Below, piece after piece: positions 18,931-28,329 of a stretch of DNA of 64,000 bases. The first letter of the stretch is position 1; every line of letters begins with the position of its first letter. The translations under genes and the position numbers were made by a program. Below the pieces are notes generated by a model. The model saw only the letters and a program-made list of their open reading frames with translations. It was not told where the DNA came from and ran no database searches. This DNA comes from Candidatus Methylomirabilota bacterium (GTDB lineage: Bacteria > Methylomirabilota > Methylomirabilia > Rokubacteriales > CSP1-6). The stretch spans positions 3,913 to 67,912 of the forward strand of contig DASTOJ010000206.1 of assembly GCA_035762565.1 (NCBI GenBank), read 5' to 3'.

Positions 18931-18989
18931 GGATGGCGGCGGCAAGCCGGCGCTCGAAAGCGGTCTGCAAATGGACGGCGTGCGACGCG

Positions 18990-19742
18990 ATGGGTGATCT
19001 GCTGGAGGTGCGCAAGCTCTCGCTGCAGTTTGGGGGGATCCAGGCGCTGCAGGAGGTGTCCGTCTCGGTCGCGGAGGGTGAGACGTGCGCGGTGATCGGG
19101 CCGAACGGCTCGGGGAAGACGTCGCTCTTCAACTGCATCACCGGGATCTACCAGCCCACGTCGGGATCGATCACGTTCCGCGATGAGGGGATGCTCGGGC
19201 GCTCGCCCGACTCGGTGGCCGCGCTCGGCATCGCGCGCACGTTCCAGAACCTCCGGCTCTTCCACAACATGACGGTCCTGGACAACCTCATGGTGGGACG
19301 GCATCGGCACTTCGAGCGGAGCTTCCTGGCGGTCGTGCTGCGAGGGCGCGCCGAGGAGATCCGCCACCGCCGCCGGTGCGAGGAGATCATCGAGTTCCTC
19401 GACCTGGAGCCGGTCCGCAAGACGCGGGTCGCCGACTGCCCGTACGGCGTCCAGAAGCGGGTGGAGCTGGGCAGGGCGCTGGCCACCGAGCCGGGGCTGC
19501 TGCTGCTCGACGAGCCGGTGTCGGGGCTGACCCAGGAGGAGAAGGAGGAGTTCTCCTACTGGATCCACGAGATCCGCGGGCGCTTCGCGATCACCGTGCT
19601 GCTGGTCGAGCACGATCTGCGCGTGGCCTCCCGCCTGGCCAGCCGCATGGTGGCGCTCGATCACGGCGTGAAGATCGCCGAGGGCACCCCGGCCGAGGTC
19701 CAGCGCCACCCCGACGTCATCAGGGCCTACCTCGGCGAGTAG
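18990..19742 (+). CDS. livG: Branched-chain-type ABC transporter ATP-binding protein (LivG-like)
   Basis: Walker A GPNGSGKTS, signature LSGG-like VSGLTQEEK region, Walker B LLLLDEP. Start set at MGDLLEVRKL; the track ORF begins at 18933. Confidence 0.85.
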   Translation: MGDLLEVRKLSLQFGGIQALQEVSVSVAEGETCAVIGPNGSGKTSLFNCITGIYQPTSGSITFRDEGMLGRSPDSVAALGIARTFQNLRLFHNMTVLDNLMVGRHRHFERSFLAVVLRGRAEEIRHRRRCEEIIEFLDLEPVRKTRVADCPYGVQKRVELGRALATEPGLLLLDEPVSGLTQEEKEEFSYWIHEIRGRFAITVLLVEHDLRVASRLASRMVALDHGVKIAEGTPAEVQRHPDVIRAYLGE

Positions 19743-19744
19743 GC

Positions 19745-20518
19745 ATGGCACTTCTCGAGATCACCTCGATCGAGACCCTCTACTTCGACCGGATCTACGC
19801 CTTGTTCGGCGTCTCACTCGAGGTGCAGGAGGGCGGGATCTTCACCGTGCTGGGACCGAACGGGGCGGGCAAGACGACACTGCTGCGCACGATCGCCGGC
19901 CTCCTGCGCGACCAGCCCAAGAAGGGCGAGATCCGGTTCGCGGGCCGGCGCATCGACGGCTGGCAGCCCGAGGCCATCGCGCGCCTGGGGGTCGTCTACG
20001 TTCCGGAGGACCGGGGGCTGTTCAAGGAGCTGACCGTGGCCGAGAACCTCGAGCTGGGCCTGTGGGGCCGCCGCGACCCAGGCGTCCGCGGCGACCTCGA
20101 CTTCGTCCACGCGATGTTTCCCATCCTGAAAGAGCGGGCGCGGCAGGAGGCGGAGACGCTGTCGGGTGGCGAGCAGCAGATGCTCGCGCTGGGCCGGGCG
20201 ATGCTGCGGCGGCCGCGCCTCCTGATGCTGGACGAGCCCTCGCTGGGCCTGGCCCCACGCATCGCCCGGACCGTCTACGAGGCGCTGGGCGCGATCAGCA
20301 AGACGGGCACCACGATCCTGCTCGTCGAGCAGAACGCCCGGCTGGCGCTGAGCGTGGCTCAGCGCGGCGCGATCCTCGAGGCCGGGCGCGTCGTGCTGGA
20401 AGGGACCGCCGACGAGCTGCAGGCCAACGACGACGTCCGCGAGGTCTATCTCGGCGTCGGCGGCGCCGAGACGCCCGCCCGGGGCTGGCGGCTCTATCGC
20501 AAGCGGAGGAGATGGTGA
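19745..20518 (+). CDS. livF: Branched-chain-type ABC transporter ATP-binding protein (LivF-like)
   Basis: GPNGAGKTT, LSGGEQQML and LLMLDEPSLGL motifs. ATG lies 2 nt after the livG stop. Confidence 0.85.
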   Translation: MALLEITSIETLYFDRIYALFGVSLEVQEGGIFTVLGPNGAGKTTLLRTIAGLLRDQPKKGEIRFAGRRIDGWQPEAIARLGVVYVPEDRGLFKELTVAENLELGLWGRRDPGVRGDLDFVHAMFPILKERARQEAETLSGGEQQMLALGRAMLRRPRLLMLDEPSLGLAPRIARTVYEALGAISKTGTTILLVEQNARLALSVAQRGAILEAGRVVLEGTADELQANDDVREVYLGVGGAETPARGWRLYRKRRRW

Positions 20519-22317
20519 TGGACACGCTGGCGCCCACGCTGCCCGCGATGCTGGCCCGCCAGGCCGCCACCCGCGGCGACCGGCTGGCCCTGCGGTACAA
20601 GGCGCACGGGATCTGGCACCGCGTGACGTGGCGCGCGTACGCGGACGCCGTCGACACGGTCGCCGCTGCGCTCCTGGCCTTCGGGCTGGGGCCGCAGGAC
20701 AACGTCGCGGTCATCGGGGACAACCGGCCGGAGTGGCTCTACTGCCACCTCGGGATCCAGACCGCCGGCGGGGTGACGGTGGGGGTCTATCCGACCTCGG
20801 CGCCCGAGCAGATCCGCTACCTGCTCAACCACTCGGAGGCCCGGCTGATCTTCGTCGAGAACGAGGAGCAGCTCGACAAGGTGTTGACGATCGCCGGCGA
20901 GACCCGCCTCGAGCGCCTGGTGGTGTGGGACGCCAAGGGGTTGTGGGGGTTCACCGACGATCGGGTGACGTTCTTCGAGGATTTCCTCAAGCAGGGCCTG
21001 GCTTTCGCCGAGCGCCACCCGATCGCCGTCGCCGCCCGGCGCGACGCCGTCGCCCCCGACGATACGGCGATGATCATCTACACCTCGGGCACCACCGGGC
21101 CCCCCAAGGGCGCCATGCTGTCGCACCGCTCGATCATGTGGGGCATCGGCGCCGGCGCCATGGTCAACCCGGTCGGGCCGGACGACGAGGTGATCTCGTA
21201 CCTGCCGTTCGCCCACGTCTACGAGAACCTGGTCTCGGTGTTCGGGGCCATCGGCAACGGCTATGTCGTCAACTTCGTGGAGAGCCTGGACACGCTCTTT
21301 CAGAACCTGCGCGAGGTGTCGCCCACCTACTTCGGCTCCGTCCCCCGCATCTGGGAGAAGCTGGCCTCCACCGTCGAGCTGCGCATGGCCGACTCCACCC
21401 GGGTAAAGCGCGCCGCCCATCGCGCCGCGGTCGGGATCGGGCGCCGGTGGGTGCGAGCGCGCTTCGGCGGCGGCGGCATTCCCGCCTCGCTGGCCCTGGC
21501 CTACCGGCTCGCGTACTGGAGCGTGCTGCTGCCGCTCAAGCGCCGGCTCGGCTTCGACCGGATCCGCCTGGCCGTCTGCGGCGCCGCGCCGGCCTCGCCC
21601 GAGCTGTTCGACTTCTACTGGGCGCTCGGCATCCCGCTGGTCGAGGGGTACGGATTGACGGAGTCCACCGGCGTCATCTCGGTCCAGCGCGTGGCCGCCC
21701 CGCGATTGGGGACGGTGGGCGAGCCGTTGCCGGGTATCGAGGTGCGGCTGGAGGCCGACGGCGAGATCCTCACGCGCGGGCCCCACGTGTTCAAGGGCTA
21801 CTTCAAGGACCCCGAGCTGACGGCGCAGACGATCGACGGCGAGGGCTGGCTGCACACCGGCGACGTCGGGGCGTGGGACGGCACCCACCTCAAGATCCTC
21901 GACCGCAAGAAGGACATCATCATCACCGCCGGCGGCAAGAACATCACGCCGGCCTACATCGAGAACAAGCTGAAGTTCAGCCCCTATATCCAGGACGCCG
22001 TGGTGATCGGCGACGGGCGCCGCTACCTCGCCGCGCTGATCCTCATCGACGAGGACAACGTCACCAAGTTCGCCCAGGACCACCGCATCCCGTTCACGAC
22101 CTTCCAGGACCTCACCCAAAATCCAGGGGTCGTGCGGCTGATCGGCGACGAGGTGGACAAGGTCAACCGGACGCTCTCGCAGGTGGAGACGATCAAGAAG
22201 TTCGCCCTGCTGCCGCGACGCTTCTACGAGGAGGAGGGCGACGTGACGCCCACCAAGAAGGTCAAGCGGCGGGCCCTGGAGGCCCGCTACGCCGACCTGA
22301 TCGCCTCGCTGTACTGA
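20518..22317 (+). CDS. AMP-dependent acyl-CoA synthetase/ligase (long-chain fatty acid-CoA ligase-like)
   Basis: AMP-binding motif IIYTSGTTGPPKG, GYGLTES, and TGDVG...LKILDRKKD. The ATG overlaps the livF TGA, with a GGAGGA RBS 8 nt upstream. Confidence 0.85.
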   Translation: MDTLAPTLPAMLARQAATRGDRLALRYKAHGIWHRVTWRAYADAVDTVAAALLAFGLGPQDNVAVIGDNRPEWLYCHLGIQTAGGVTVGVYPTSAPEQIRYLLNHSEARLIFVENEEQLDKVLTIAGETRLERLVVWDAKGLWGFTDDRVTFFEDFLKQGLAFAERHPIAVAARRDAVAPDDTAMIIYTSGTTGPPKGAMLSHRSIMWGIGAGAMVNPVGPDDEVISYLPFAHVYENLVSVFGAIGNGYVVNFVESLDTLFQNLREVSPTYFGSVPRIWEKLASTVELRMADSTRVKRAAHRAAVGIGRRWVRARFGGGGIPASLALAYRLAYWSVLLPLKRRLGFDRIRLAVCGAAPASPELFDFYWALGIPLVEGYGLTESTGVISVQRVAAPRLGTVGEPLPGIEVRLEADGEILTRGPHVFKGYFKDPELTAQTIDGEGWLHTGDVGAWDGTHLKILDRKKDIIITAGGKNITPAYIENKLKFSPYIQDAVVIGDGRRYLAALILIDEDNVTKFAQDHRIPFTTFQDLTQNPGVVRLIGDEVDKVNRTLSQVETIKKFALLPRRFYEEEGDVTPTKKVKRRALEARYADLIASLY

Positions 22318-22325
22318 GGGAGCCG

Positions 22326-23306
22326 GTGGACCTCGTCGAGTCGTATCGCGACGACCTGAGATTCGCGCGCAAGCCGGTCACGCGCGGGCTGCTCACGCTG
22401 CTGCTGGCGGCGCTGGCCGTGTTCCCGTGGGTGGCGCCGGACTACATGGTGTTCCTGGCCACCCTGGTCGCCCTCTACTCGATCGGCGTCATGGGTCAGA
22501 ACATCCTCATCGGCTACACGGGCCAGATCTCGTTCGGCCAGGCCGGCTTCCTCGCCATCGGCGCCTTCACCTTCGGGCATCTGCGGATCTGGGGGGCGCC
22601 CTTCCCGCTCGCGCTGCTGGGGGCCGGCCTGCTGGCCGCGGTCGCCGGCGTGGTGGTCGGCTTCCCCTCGCTCCGGCTCAAGGGGCCGTATCTGTCGATC
22701 GCCACACTCGGCTTCGGCGTCGCCGTGTACCAGGTCTTCGTCAACTACGAAGCACTCTCGGGCGGCCGCTCGGGGCTGGCCATCGCCAAGCTGACGCCGA
22801 TGTTCGGCCTGTCGAAGCTCCGCTGGGAGTACTACGTCTACGTGCTGCTGCTGGCCGCCTTCACCCTGGTCACGGCCAACCTGGTCTCGTCCTACGTGGG
22901 GCGCGCCTTCATCGCCATCCGCGACTCCGACATCGCAGCCGAGGTCAACGGCGTGAACCTCACGCGCTACAAGCTGCTGGCATTCGCCGTCTCCTCCTTC
23001 TACACGGGCGTGCACGGCGCCCTCTACGCGCAGGTGCTCGGGCACATCGAGCCCCAGATCTTCAACGTGCTGGAATCCATCACCCTGTTCGTGGCGGTCA
23101 TCATCGGCGGGCTGGCCTCCATCGAGGGCTCGATCCTGGGCGCCGCCTTCGTGCTGATCGTGCCCAAGGTCTTCTCCGAGTTCCGCGAGATGGTGCCGGT
23201 GGTCTACGGCGTGGCGATCCTGCTCGTGCTGATCTTCGAGCCCCTCGGACTGTTCGGGCGATGGCTGAAGACACGCCTCTACTTCCAGCTCTGGCCCTTC
23301 CGCTAG
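22326..23306 (+). CDS. livM: Branched-chain-type ABC transporter permease (LivM-like)
   Basis: Polytopic, with GQNILIGYTGQISFGQAGF and IIGGLASIEGSILGA motifs. GTG start after a GAGGGAG RBS. Confidence 0.85.
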   Translation: MDLVESYRDDLRFARKPVTRGLLTLLLAALAVFPWVAPDYMVFLATLVALYSIGVMGQNILIGYTGQISFGQAGFLAIGAFTFGHLRIWGAPFPLALLGAGLLAAVAGVVVGFPSLRLKGPYLSIATLGFGVAVYQVFVNYEALSGGRSGLAIAKLTPMFGLSKLRWEYYVYVLLLAAFTLVTANLVSSYVGRAFIAIRDSDIAAEVNGVNLTRYKLLAFAVSSFYTGVHGALYAQVLGHIEPQIFNVLESITLFVAVIIGGLASIEGSILGAAFVLIVPKVFSEFREMVPVVYGVAILLVLIFEPLGLFGRWLKTRLYFQLWPFR

Positions 23307-23372
23307 CCGGTCGCCGATAATGGCGACCGGCGCGCGTGCCGGGGGGCGGCGAGCGCGGGCGGAGGGTTCGTG

Positions 23373-24254
23373 ATGGAGAGGTGGCTGCAGTATGGGTTGA
23401 CGGGGTTGTCGGCGGGGAGCTTGTACGCGATGGTGGCGCTGGGGATCGTGCTGATCTACCGGTCCACGCGGGTGCTGAACTTCGCCCATGGCGACGTCGC
23501 CACGGTGGCCACGTTCGTGGCGTTCACGCTGCTCTCGCGCGGGTTCTCCTTCCCGGTCGCCCTGCTCGGCAGCCTGGCGACCGGCGCGGTCGTCGGGACC
23601 GGGTTCTACTTCGTGGTCCTCGTCCGGGCCCAGCGGCGCGGCGCCAACCTGCTCGGCATGGTGATCCTCACCCTCGGCCTGGCCCTGATGATCCAGGGCG
23701 TGGTGGTCTACCTGTGGGGCGCCGAGCCGGTCTCGCTGCCGTTCCCCATCTCCGACACGAAGACGTACGCGCTGGGCGGCGTGGTCGTGAGCCAGCTGTC
23801 GCTGGCCACGATGGCGGCCGGGGTTGCCGGCTCGCTGCTGCTGTACCTGCTCGTGCAGAAGACGCGCCTGGGCCTGGCCATGCGCGCGACCTCCGAGAAC
23901 GTCATGGCCGCCCAGACGCTCGGGATCCCGACCCGGCGGGTCCTGGGCGTGTCGTGGGCGGCGGCGTCCGCGCTCGGGGTGGTGGCGGGGATCTTCCTGG
24001 CTCCCGCGCTGCTGCTCGACCCCTTCTTCATGCTGGATCCCTTCCTCAAAGGCTTCGCCGCCGCGGTGCTGGGCGGTTTGAACAGCCTGCCCGGGGCCGT
24101 GGTCGGCGCGCTGCTCCTGGGCGTGGCGGAGTCCTGGACCGGTGCCTACCTGACCATCCAGTTCAAGAACACGCTCGCCTTCGTGATCATCATCCTGGTG
24201 CTGCTCGTCCGTCCTGAAGGTCTGCTGGGCAAGGAATTCAAGGAGCGGGTGTAG
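23373..24254 (+). CDS. livH: Branched-chain-type ABC transporter permease (LivH-like)
   Basis: GLSAGSLYAMVALGIVLIYRSTRVLNFAHGD signature, polytopic. A GTG at 23370 is an alternative start. Confidence 0.85.
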   Translation: MERWLQYGLTGLSAGSLYAMVALGIVLIYRSTRVLNFAHGDVATVATFVAFTLLSRGFSFPVALLGSLATGAVVGTGFYFVVLVRAQRRGANLLGMVILTLGLALMIQGVVVYLWGAEPVSLPFPISDTKTYALGGVVVSQLSLATMAAGVAGSLLLYLLVQKTRLGLAMRATSENVMAAQTLGIPTRRVLGVSWAAASALGVVAGIFLAPALLLDPFFMLDPFLKGFAAAVLGGLNSLPGAVVGALLLGVAESWTGAYLTIQFKNTLAFVIIILVLLVRPEGLLGKEFKERV

Positions 24255-24270
24255 CCGGGCGGCCGGGACG

Positions 24271-24831
24271 TCAGACGAAGATGGCGGCGACGTCGATCGG
24301 GTCGTCCGGGAACGCCAGCGTGGCGACGGCGTCGCCGGCGACCGCCTGCCGGTGCTCCCGATATCGAGGGCCGGAAGGCGAGCGGTACACGTGGACGGTG
24401 TCGGAGTTCGCGTCGACGACCCAGTATTCCCCGATGCCGGCCAGCGCGTAGAGGGCGAGCTTGACGGTCCGGTCGTATTCGAGCGAGGTGTCCGCGACCT
24501 CGATGACGAGCAGGACGTCGTGCGTCGTGGCGCCGGCGCGCCGGTAGGAGCGAGCGCGGAGCAGTGCCAGGTCGGGCTGGGGCAGGGACCGCGGGGGCAC
24601 GCGAATGGGGCCCTGAACGCGCACCCGAGCCCGATCGCCGGCGAGCCTCACGAACACGTGCGTCAGGTTCGTCACGAGCGCCGCGTGCGGATCACCGATC
24701 GGGCTCATCTCGACGATCTCGCCCTCGATGAGCTCGACCCGGTCGTCCTGCTTGAGGATGCCCGTCTCCACCATGCGCTCGTACTCCTCGATGGTGAAGC
24801 GCCGCCGTGGTCGTTCGACGCGGGCTGCCAT
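24271..24831 (-). CDS. Uma2-family (DUF820) putative endonuclease
   Basis: FTIEEYERMVETGIL...RVELIEGEIVEMSP...PDLAL...VIEVADTSLEYDR..K..LYA..GI.EYWVVD is the PD-(D/E)xK Uma2 pattern. Start set at MAARVERP with a GGAGG RBS. Confidence 0.8.
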   Translation of the reverse strand: MAARVERPRRRFTIEEYERMVETGILKQDDRVELIEGEIVEMSPIGDPHAALVTNLTHVFVRLAGDRARVRVQGPIRVPPRSLPQPDLALLRARSYRRAGATTHDVLLVIEVADTSLEYDRTVKLALYALAGIGEYWVVDANSDTVHVYRSPSGPRYREHRQAVAGDAVATLAFPDDPIDVAAIFV

Positions 24832-24997
24832 GCCGAACCTCCGCCGCCAGTATACGCGGGACCCATGCCGATGCCGGGAGGCTACGCCGCTCGTGAGGCG
24901 CCCCGAAAAGACGCGGGATGGATACACCGTTGCCCGCGTCCCGCGCATCGTTTAAACTCACTGAACAGCAATTCATTCGACGGTTGGAGAGACCCTG

Positions 24998-25753
24998 ATG
25001 GAACGCCCGATCGCTTACGACAAGCTCGCGCGCGAGGACCGCTTCGTGCGGATGCGCACGCGCGACGTCGGCGCCCTGAAGATCGAGCAGGGGCTGCCGC
25101 CGTTTCCCGACCTGACCAGCCGCGAGTCGATGCGCGACCGCGTGCACGGCATCCTGGTCGGCGAGCTGCAAGCGATGGAGGGCGCCGGGCGCACGGTCTG
25201 CGACTTCCCCGACGCCCCGTGGGAGTTCACCATGGACATGGCCCGCCAGGTCTGGGACGAGTCGCGCCACGTGGAGACGTACCTGGGTCTGCTCGACCAC
25301 CTCGGCGGGCGCGTCGGCGAGTTCCCGGAGACGACGCTGCTCTGGCGGTGCGCGTGCGCGGAGGACGCCGCCGCCCGTGTGGCCGGCGTCAACCGCGGCC
25401 TCGAAGGCCTGGCCTGCGACGTCTTCAACCAGCTCATCCACATCGCCCGGAAGATCGGCGACCCCGTCATCGAGCGCTCGGTGGACTACGTGCTGGCCGA
25501 CGAGATCACCCACGTCCGCATGGGCTCGCGCTGGCTCAACGAGCTGACCAGGGGCGAGCCGGAGCGGCGGCGGCGGGCCGTCGAGTTCCAGGACTCCATC
25601 GACGAGCGCTTCAACCTCGGGGGTCAGCGCCGGGACGGGCACCACGACGACGTGCCGATCTCGATCGCCAAGGACGCTCGGCGGCTGGCGGGATTCACCG
25701 AAGAGGAGATCGAGCGGCTCGTCAAGAGCACGCAGCGCTCCCAGGTGTACTAG
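24998..25753 (+). CDS. Ferritin-like di-iron protein (DUF455-like)
   Basis: Di-iron carboxylate signature: GELQAME, WDESRH, GLEGLACD and ADEITH (E...ExxH twice). Ends at a TAG that is in frame with the next gene. Confidence 0.7.
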   Translation: MERPIAYDKLAREDRFVRMRTRDVGALKIEQGLPPFPDLTSRESMRDRVHGILVGELQAMEGAGRTVCDFPDAPWEFTMDMARQVWDESRHVETYLGLLDHLGGRVGEFPETTLLWRCACAEDAAARVAGVNRGLEGLACDVFNQLIHIARKIGDPVIERSVDYVLADEITHVRMGSRWLNELTRGEPERRRRAVEFQDSIDERFNLGGQRRDGHHDDVPISIAKDARRLAGFTEEEIERLVKSTQRSQVY

Positions 25754-25837
25754 CTGGCTGCCCACCCGCTCGCCGGCCACTTCTCCGTCGACCTCGCCGC
25801 CAGGCGTATCCGCCACTACCGCTACATCGAGGAGCGG

Positions 25838-26731
25838 ATGATGCGCGTGCTCGGAGGCTGGATCGCGCTCACGCCCGAGCTCCCCGCCAAGCTCCTGTTC
25901 GGCCGGCACGTCTGGGACTGCGCGCAGCACGCCGACCTCTGGGGCCGCCGCCTGCCCGAGCTGCGCGCGCCCGCCCAGCAGTCGGAGCCGGCCGGTCCCG
26001 CCGTGGTGGCGTGGCTGGATCTCATGGAGACGGCCGAGGCGCCCGGCCAGACGGTCGAGCGGGTGACGGCGATTTACCGGGTGCTCAAGCCTCACCTGGC
26101 GACCGTCTACGAGCGCCATCTGGCCGTGGCCAACCCCGTGTACGAGCCGCCCACGCGTCGCATCCTGACCCGCGCGATCGACGAGGAGCGCCGCCACGGG
26201 GCCGCCGGCGCCGTCGTGCTCGACCGGCTGACCGCGGGCGACCGCGCGCTGGCCGAGCGCGCGCACGCCTGGGAGCGGCGGCTGCTCGAGGCGCTCGAGG
26301 CCGCCGGCGGCGTGACCGGTGACGTCGCGCCACCGCTGATCTCGCCGGCGGCCGTCGCGCCCGCCGCCGCCGTCGTCGCCCAGGATCTGGTACCACCGCC
26401 GGCGCCGTTCGAGCCGCGAGCCGCGCTGGGCGAGCTCGCCGCGCCGCTGGAGGCCCACCTTCGGGCGCTGGCGCGCGCAGACGTCGACGCCGTGCGCCGG
26501 GAGGTGGCCGCCGGCGCCGGGCCGGAGGTGGCCGGCGCCTACGCGGCGCTGCCGGGGCCGTTCGAGCGGGCCGAGGTCGTCGGCTGCGCGCGCATCGGCG
26601 TGCAGCGTGTGGTCAAGCTGCGGCTGCAGGGGCCGCGCGGTCGCGTGCTGCTGCAGGAGCGCTGGCTGCCGTCGGCGGACGGCTGGCGCCTCGCGGCGGT
26701 CGAGGTCACGGGCACCGAGCCGGCGCCGTAG
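25838..26731 (+). CDS. Divergent ferritin-like domain protein with Pro/Ala linker and C-terminal small beta-rich (NTF2-like?) domain; start unresolved
   Basis: Paralogous to the upstream protein (HVWDCAQH vs QVWDESRH; IDEERRH vs ADEITH). First ATG is at 25838/25841 with a GAGGAG RBS. The 84 nt upstream are in frame, coding-like and appear to contain the helix-1 Glu (YIEERMM). Confidence 0.6.
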   Translation: MMRVLGGWIALTPELPAKLLFGRHVWDCAQHADLWGRRLPELRAPAQQSEPAGPAVVAWLDLMETAEAPGQTVERVTAIYRVLKPHLATVYERHLAVANPVYEPPTRRILTRAIDEERRHGAAGAVVLDRLTAGDRALAERAHAWERRLLEALEAAGGVTGDVAPPLISPAAVAPAAAVVAQDLVPPPAPFEPRAALGELAAPLEAHLRALARADVDAVRREVAAGAGPEVAGAYAALPGPFERAEVVGCARIGVQRVVKLRLQGPRGRVLLQERWLPSADGWRLAAVEVTGTEPAP

Positions 26732-28074
26732 TGTTCCGCGCCGTCCTCGTCGCCAACCGCGGCGAGATCGCCCGCCGCGTCTTCCGCGCCTGCCGCCGGC
26801 TCGGCGTCGGTACCGTCGCCGTGTACTCCGAGGCGGACCGCGGCGCCCCTCACGTGCGCGAGGCCGACCGCAGCGTGCTGGTGGGGCCCCCGCCGGCGCG
26901 CGAGAGCTACCTGGACGTCGAGCGCCTCCTGGCAGCCGCGCGCGAGAGCGGCGCCGACGCCGTGCACCCGGGCTACGGGTTCCTCTCCGAGAACTGGCGC
27001 TTCGCCGAGGCCTGCGCCCGGGCGGGGCTGGCGTTCATCGGCCCGACCGCCGAGGCGATCCGCGCGATGGGAGACAAGGCCGAGGCGCGCCGGATCATGG
27101 CCGGCGCCGGCGTCCCGACGGTGCCGGGCAGCCCGGGCCCCCTTGCCGACGCCACGGAGGCGGAGGCGCAGGCCGCGGGCATCGGCTTTCCGCTGATCCT
27201 CAAGGCGGCGGGGGGCGGCGGGGGCATCGGGCTGGCGCGGGTCGAGCGCGCCGCCGATCTTCCTGCGGCCTTCGCCACCGCCACCCGCCGGACCCGGTCG
27301 GCATTCGGCAACGCGGCGGTCTACCTGGAGCGCTACCTGGAGCGGCCCCGTCACGTCGAGGTGCAGGTCTTCGGCGACGCGCACGGATCCGTCGTGCACC
27401 TGCACGAGCGCGAGTGCTCGATCCAGCGCCGCCACCAGAAGCTCATCGAGGAATCGCCGGCGCCCGGGCTCGACCCGGCGACCAAGCGCGGGCTCGTCGA
27501 GGCCGCGGTGGCCGGTGCCCGCGCCATCGGCTACGTCAACGCGGGCACGCTGGAGTTCCTGGTCGACGCCGCCGGCCGGTTCTACTTCATCGAGATGAAC
27601 ACCCGCATCCAGGTGGAGCATCCGGTGACCGAGGAGGTGACGGGCCTCGACCTCGTGGTCGAGCAGCTGCGGGTGGCCGCCGGCGAGCGGCTGGCGTGGC
27701 GTCAGGAGGCCATCGTCCAGCGCGGGGCGGCGGTGGAGTGTCGGGTGTACGCGGAGGATCCGGACAAGAACTTCCTGCCGTCGCCGGGCACGCTCGCGCG
27801 GCTGGACCTGCCGGGCGGCGAGGGGATGCGTGTCGAGTCCGGCGTGGAGGCGGGCGGCGTCGTGTCCGTCCACTACGACCCGCTGCTGTTCAAGCTGGTC
27901 GCCCACGGCGGCGGGCGCGCCGAGGCGCTGGCGCGGATGCGGGCCGGGCTGGACGCGACGGTGGTGGAGGGCGTCCGCACGACGATCCCATTCTTGAGGC
28001 GGGCGCTCGACCACCCCGACGTCCGCCGCGGCGCGCTGCACACGCAGATGGTGGACCAGGGCGCCTTCCGCTAA
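26731..28074 (+). CDS. accC: Biotin carboxylase subunit of an acyl-CoA carboxylase
   Basis: VLVANRGEIARRV, ATP-grasp GGGGIG, EMNTRIQVEHPVTE. The GTG start overlaps the upstream TAG by 1 nt. Confidence 0.9.
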   Translation: MFRAVLVANRGEIARRVFRACRRLGVGTVAVYSEADRGAPHVREADRSVLVGPPPARESYLDVERLLAAARESGADAVHPGYGFLSENWRFAEACARAGLAFIGPTAEAIRAMGDKAEARRIMAGAGVPTVPGSPGPLADATEAEAQAAGIGFPLILKAAGGGGGIGLARVERAADLPAAFATATRRTRSAFGNAAVYLERYLERPRHVEVQVFGDAHGSVVHLHERECSIQRRHQKLIEESPAPGLDPATKRGLVEAAVAGARAIGYVNAGTLEFLVDAAGRFYFIEMNTRIQVEHPVTEEVTGLDLVVEQLRVAAGERLAWRQEAIVQRGAAVECRVYAEDPDKNFLPSPGTLARLDLPGGEGMRVESGVEAGGVVSVHYDPLLFKLVAHGGGRAEALARMRAGLDATVVEGVRTTIPFLRRALDHPDVRRGALHTQMVDQGAFR

Positions 28075-28103
28075 ACTCTCGGCTCGACAAGGAGCGTTCC
28101 CAC

Positions 28104-28319
28104 ATGCCGGAGGAGATCAAGGCTCACATCACGGGCGTCGTCTTCCAGATCCCCACCCGGCAGGGCGACCGGGTCGGGGCGGGCGATCCCGTCATCGTGC
28201 TCGAGTCGATGAAGATGGAGATCCCGGTCGAGGCGCCGCGGGCGGGCGTGGTCAAGGAGATCCGGGTCCAGGAGGGCCAGACCGTGCAGGAGGGCGACAC
28301 CGTCGCCGTCCTGGACTGA
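28104..28319 (+). CDS. Biotin carboxyl carrier / biotinyl domain protein (71 aa)
   Basis: Biotinylation motif VLESMKMEIPV. AAGGAG RBS 9 nt upstream. Confidence 0.85.
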   Translation: MPEEIKAHITGVVFQIPTRQGDRVGAGDPVIVLESMKMEIPVEAPRAGVVKEIRVQEGQTVQEGDTVAVLD

Positions 28320-28329
28320 GGAGCCGCCG

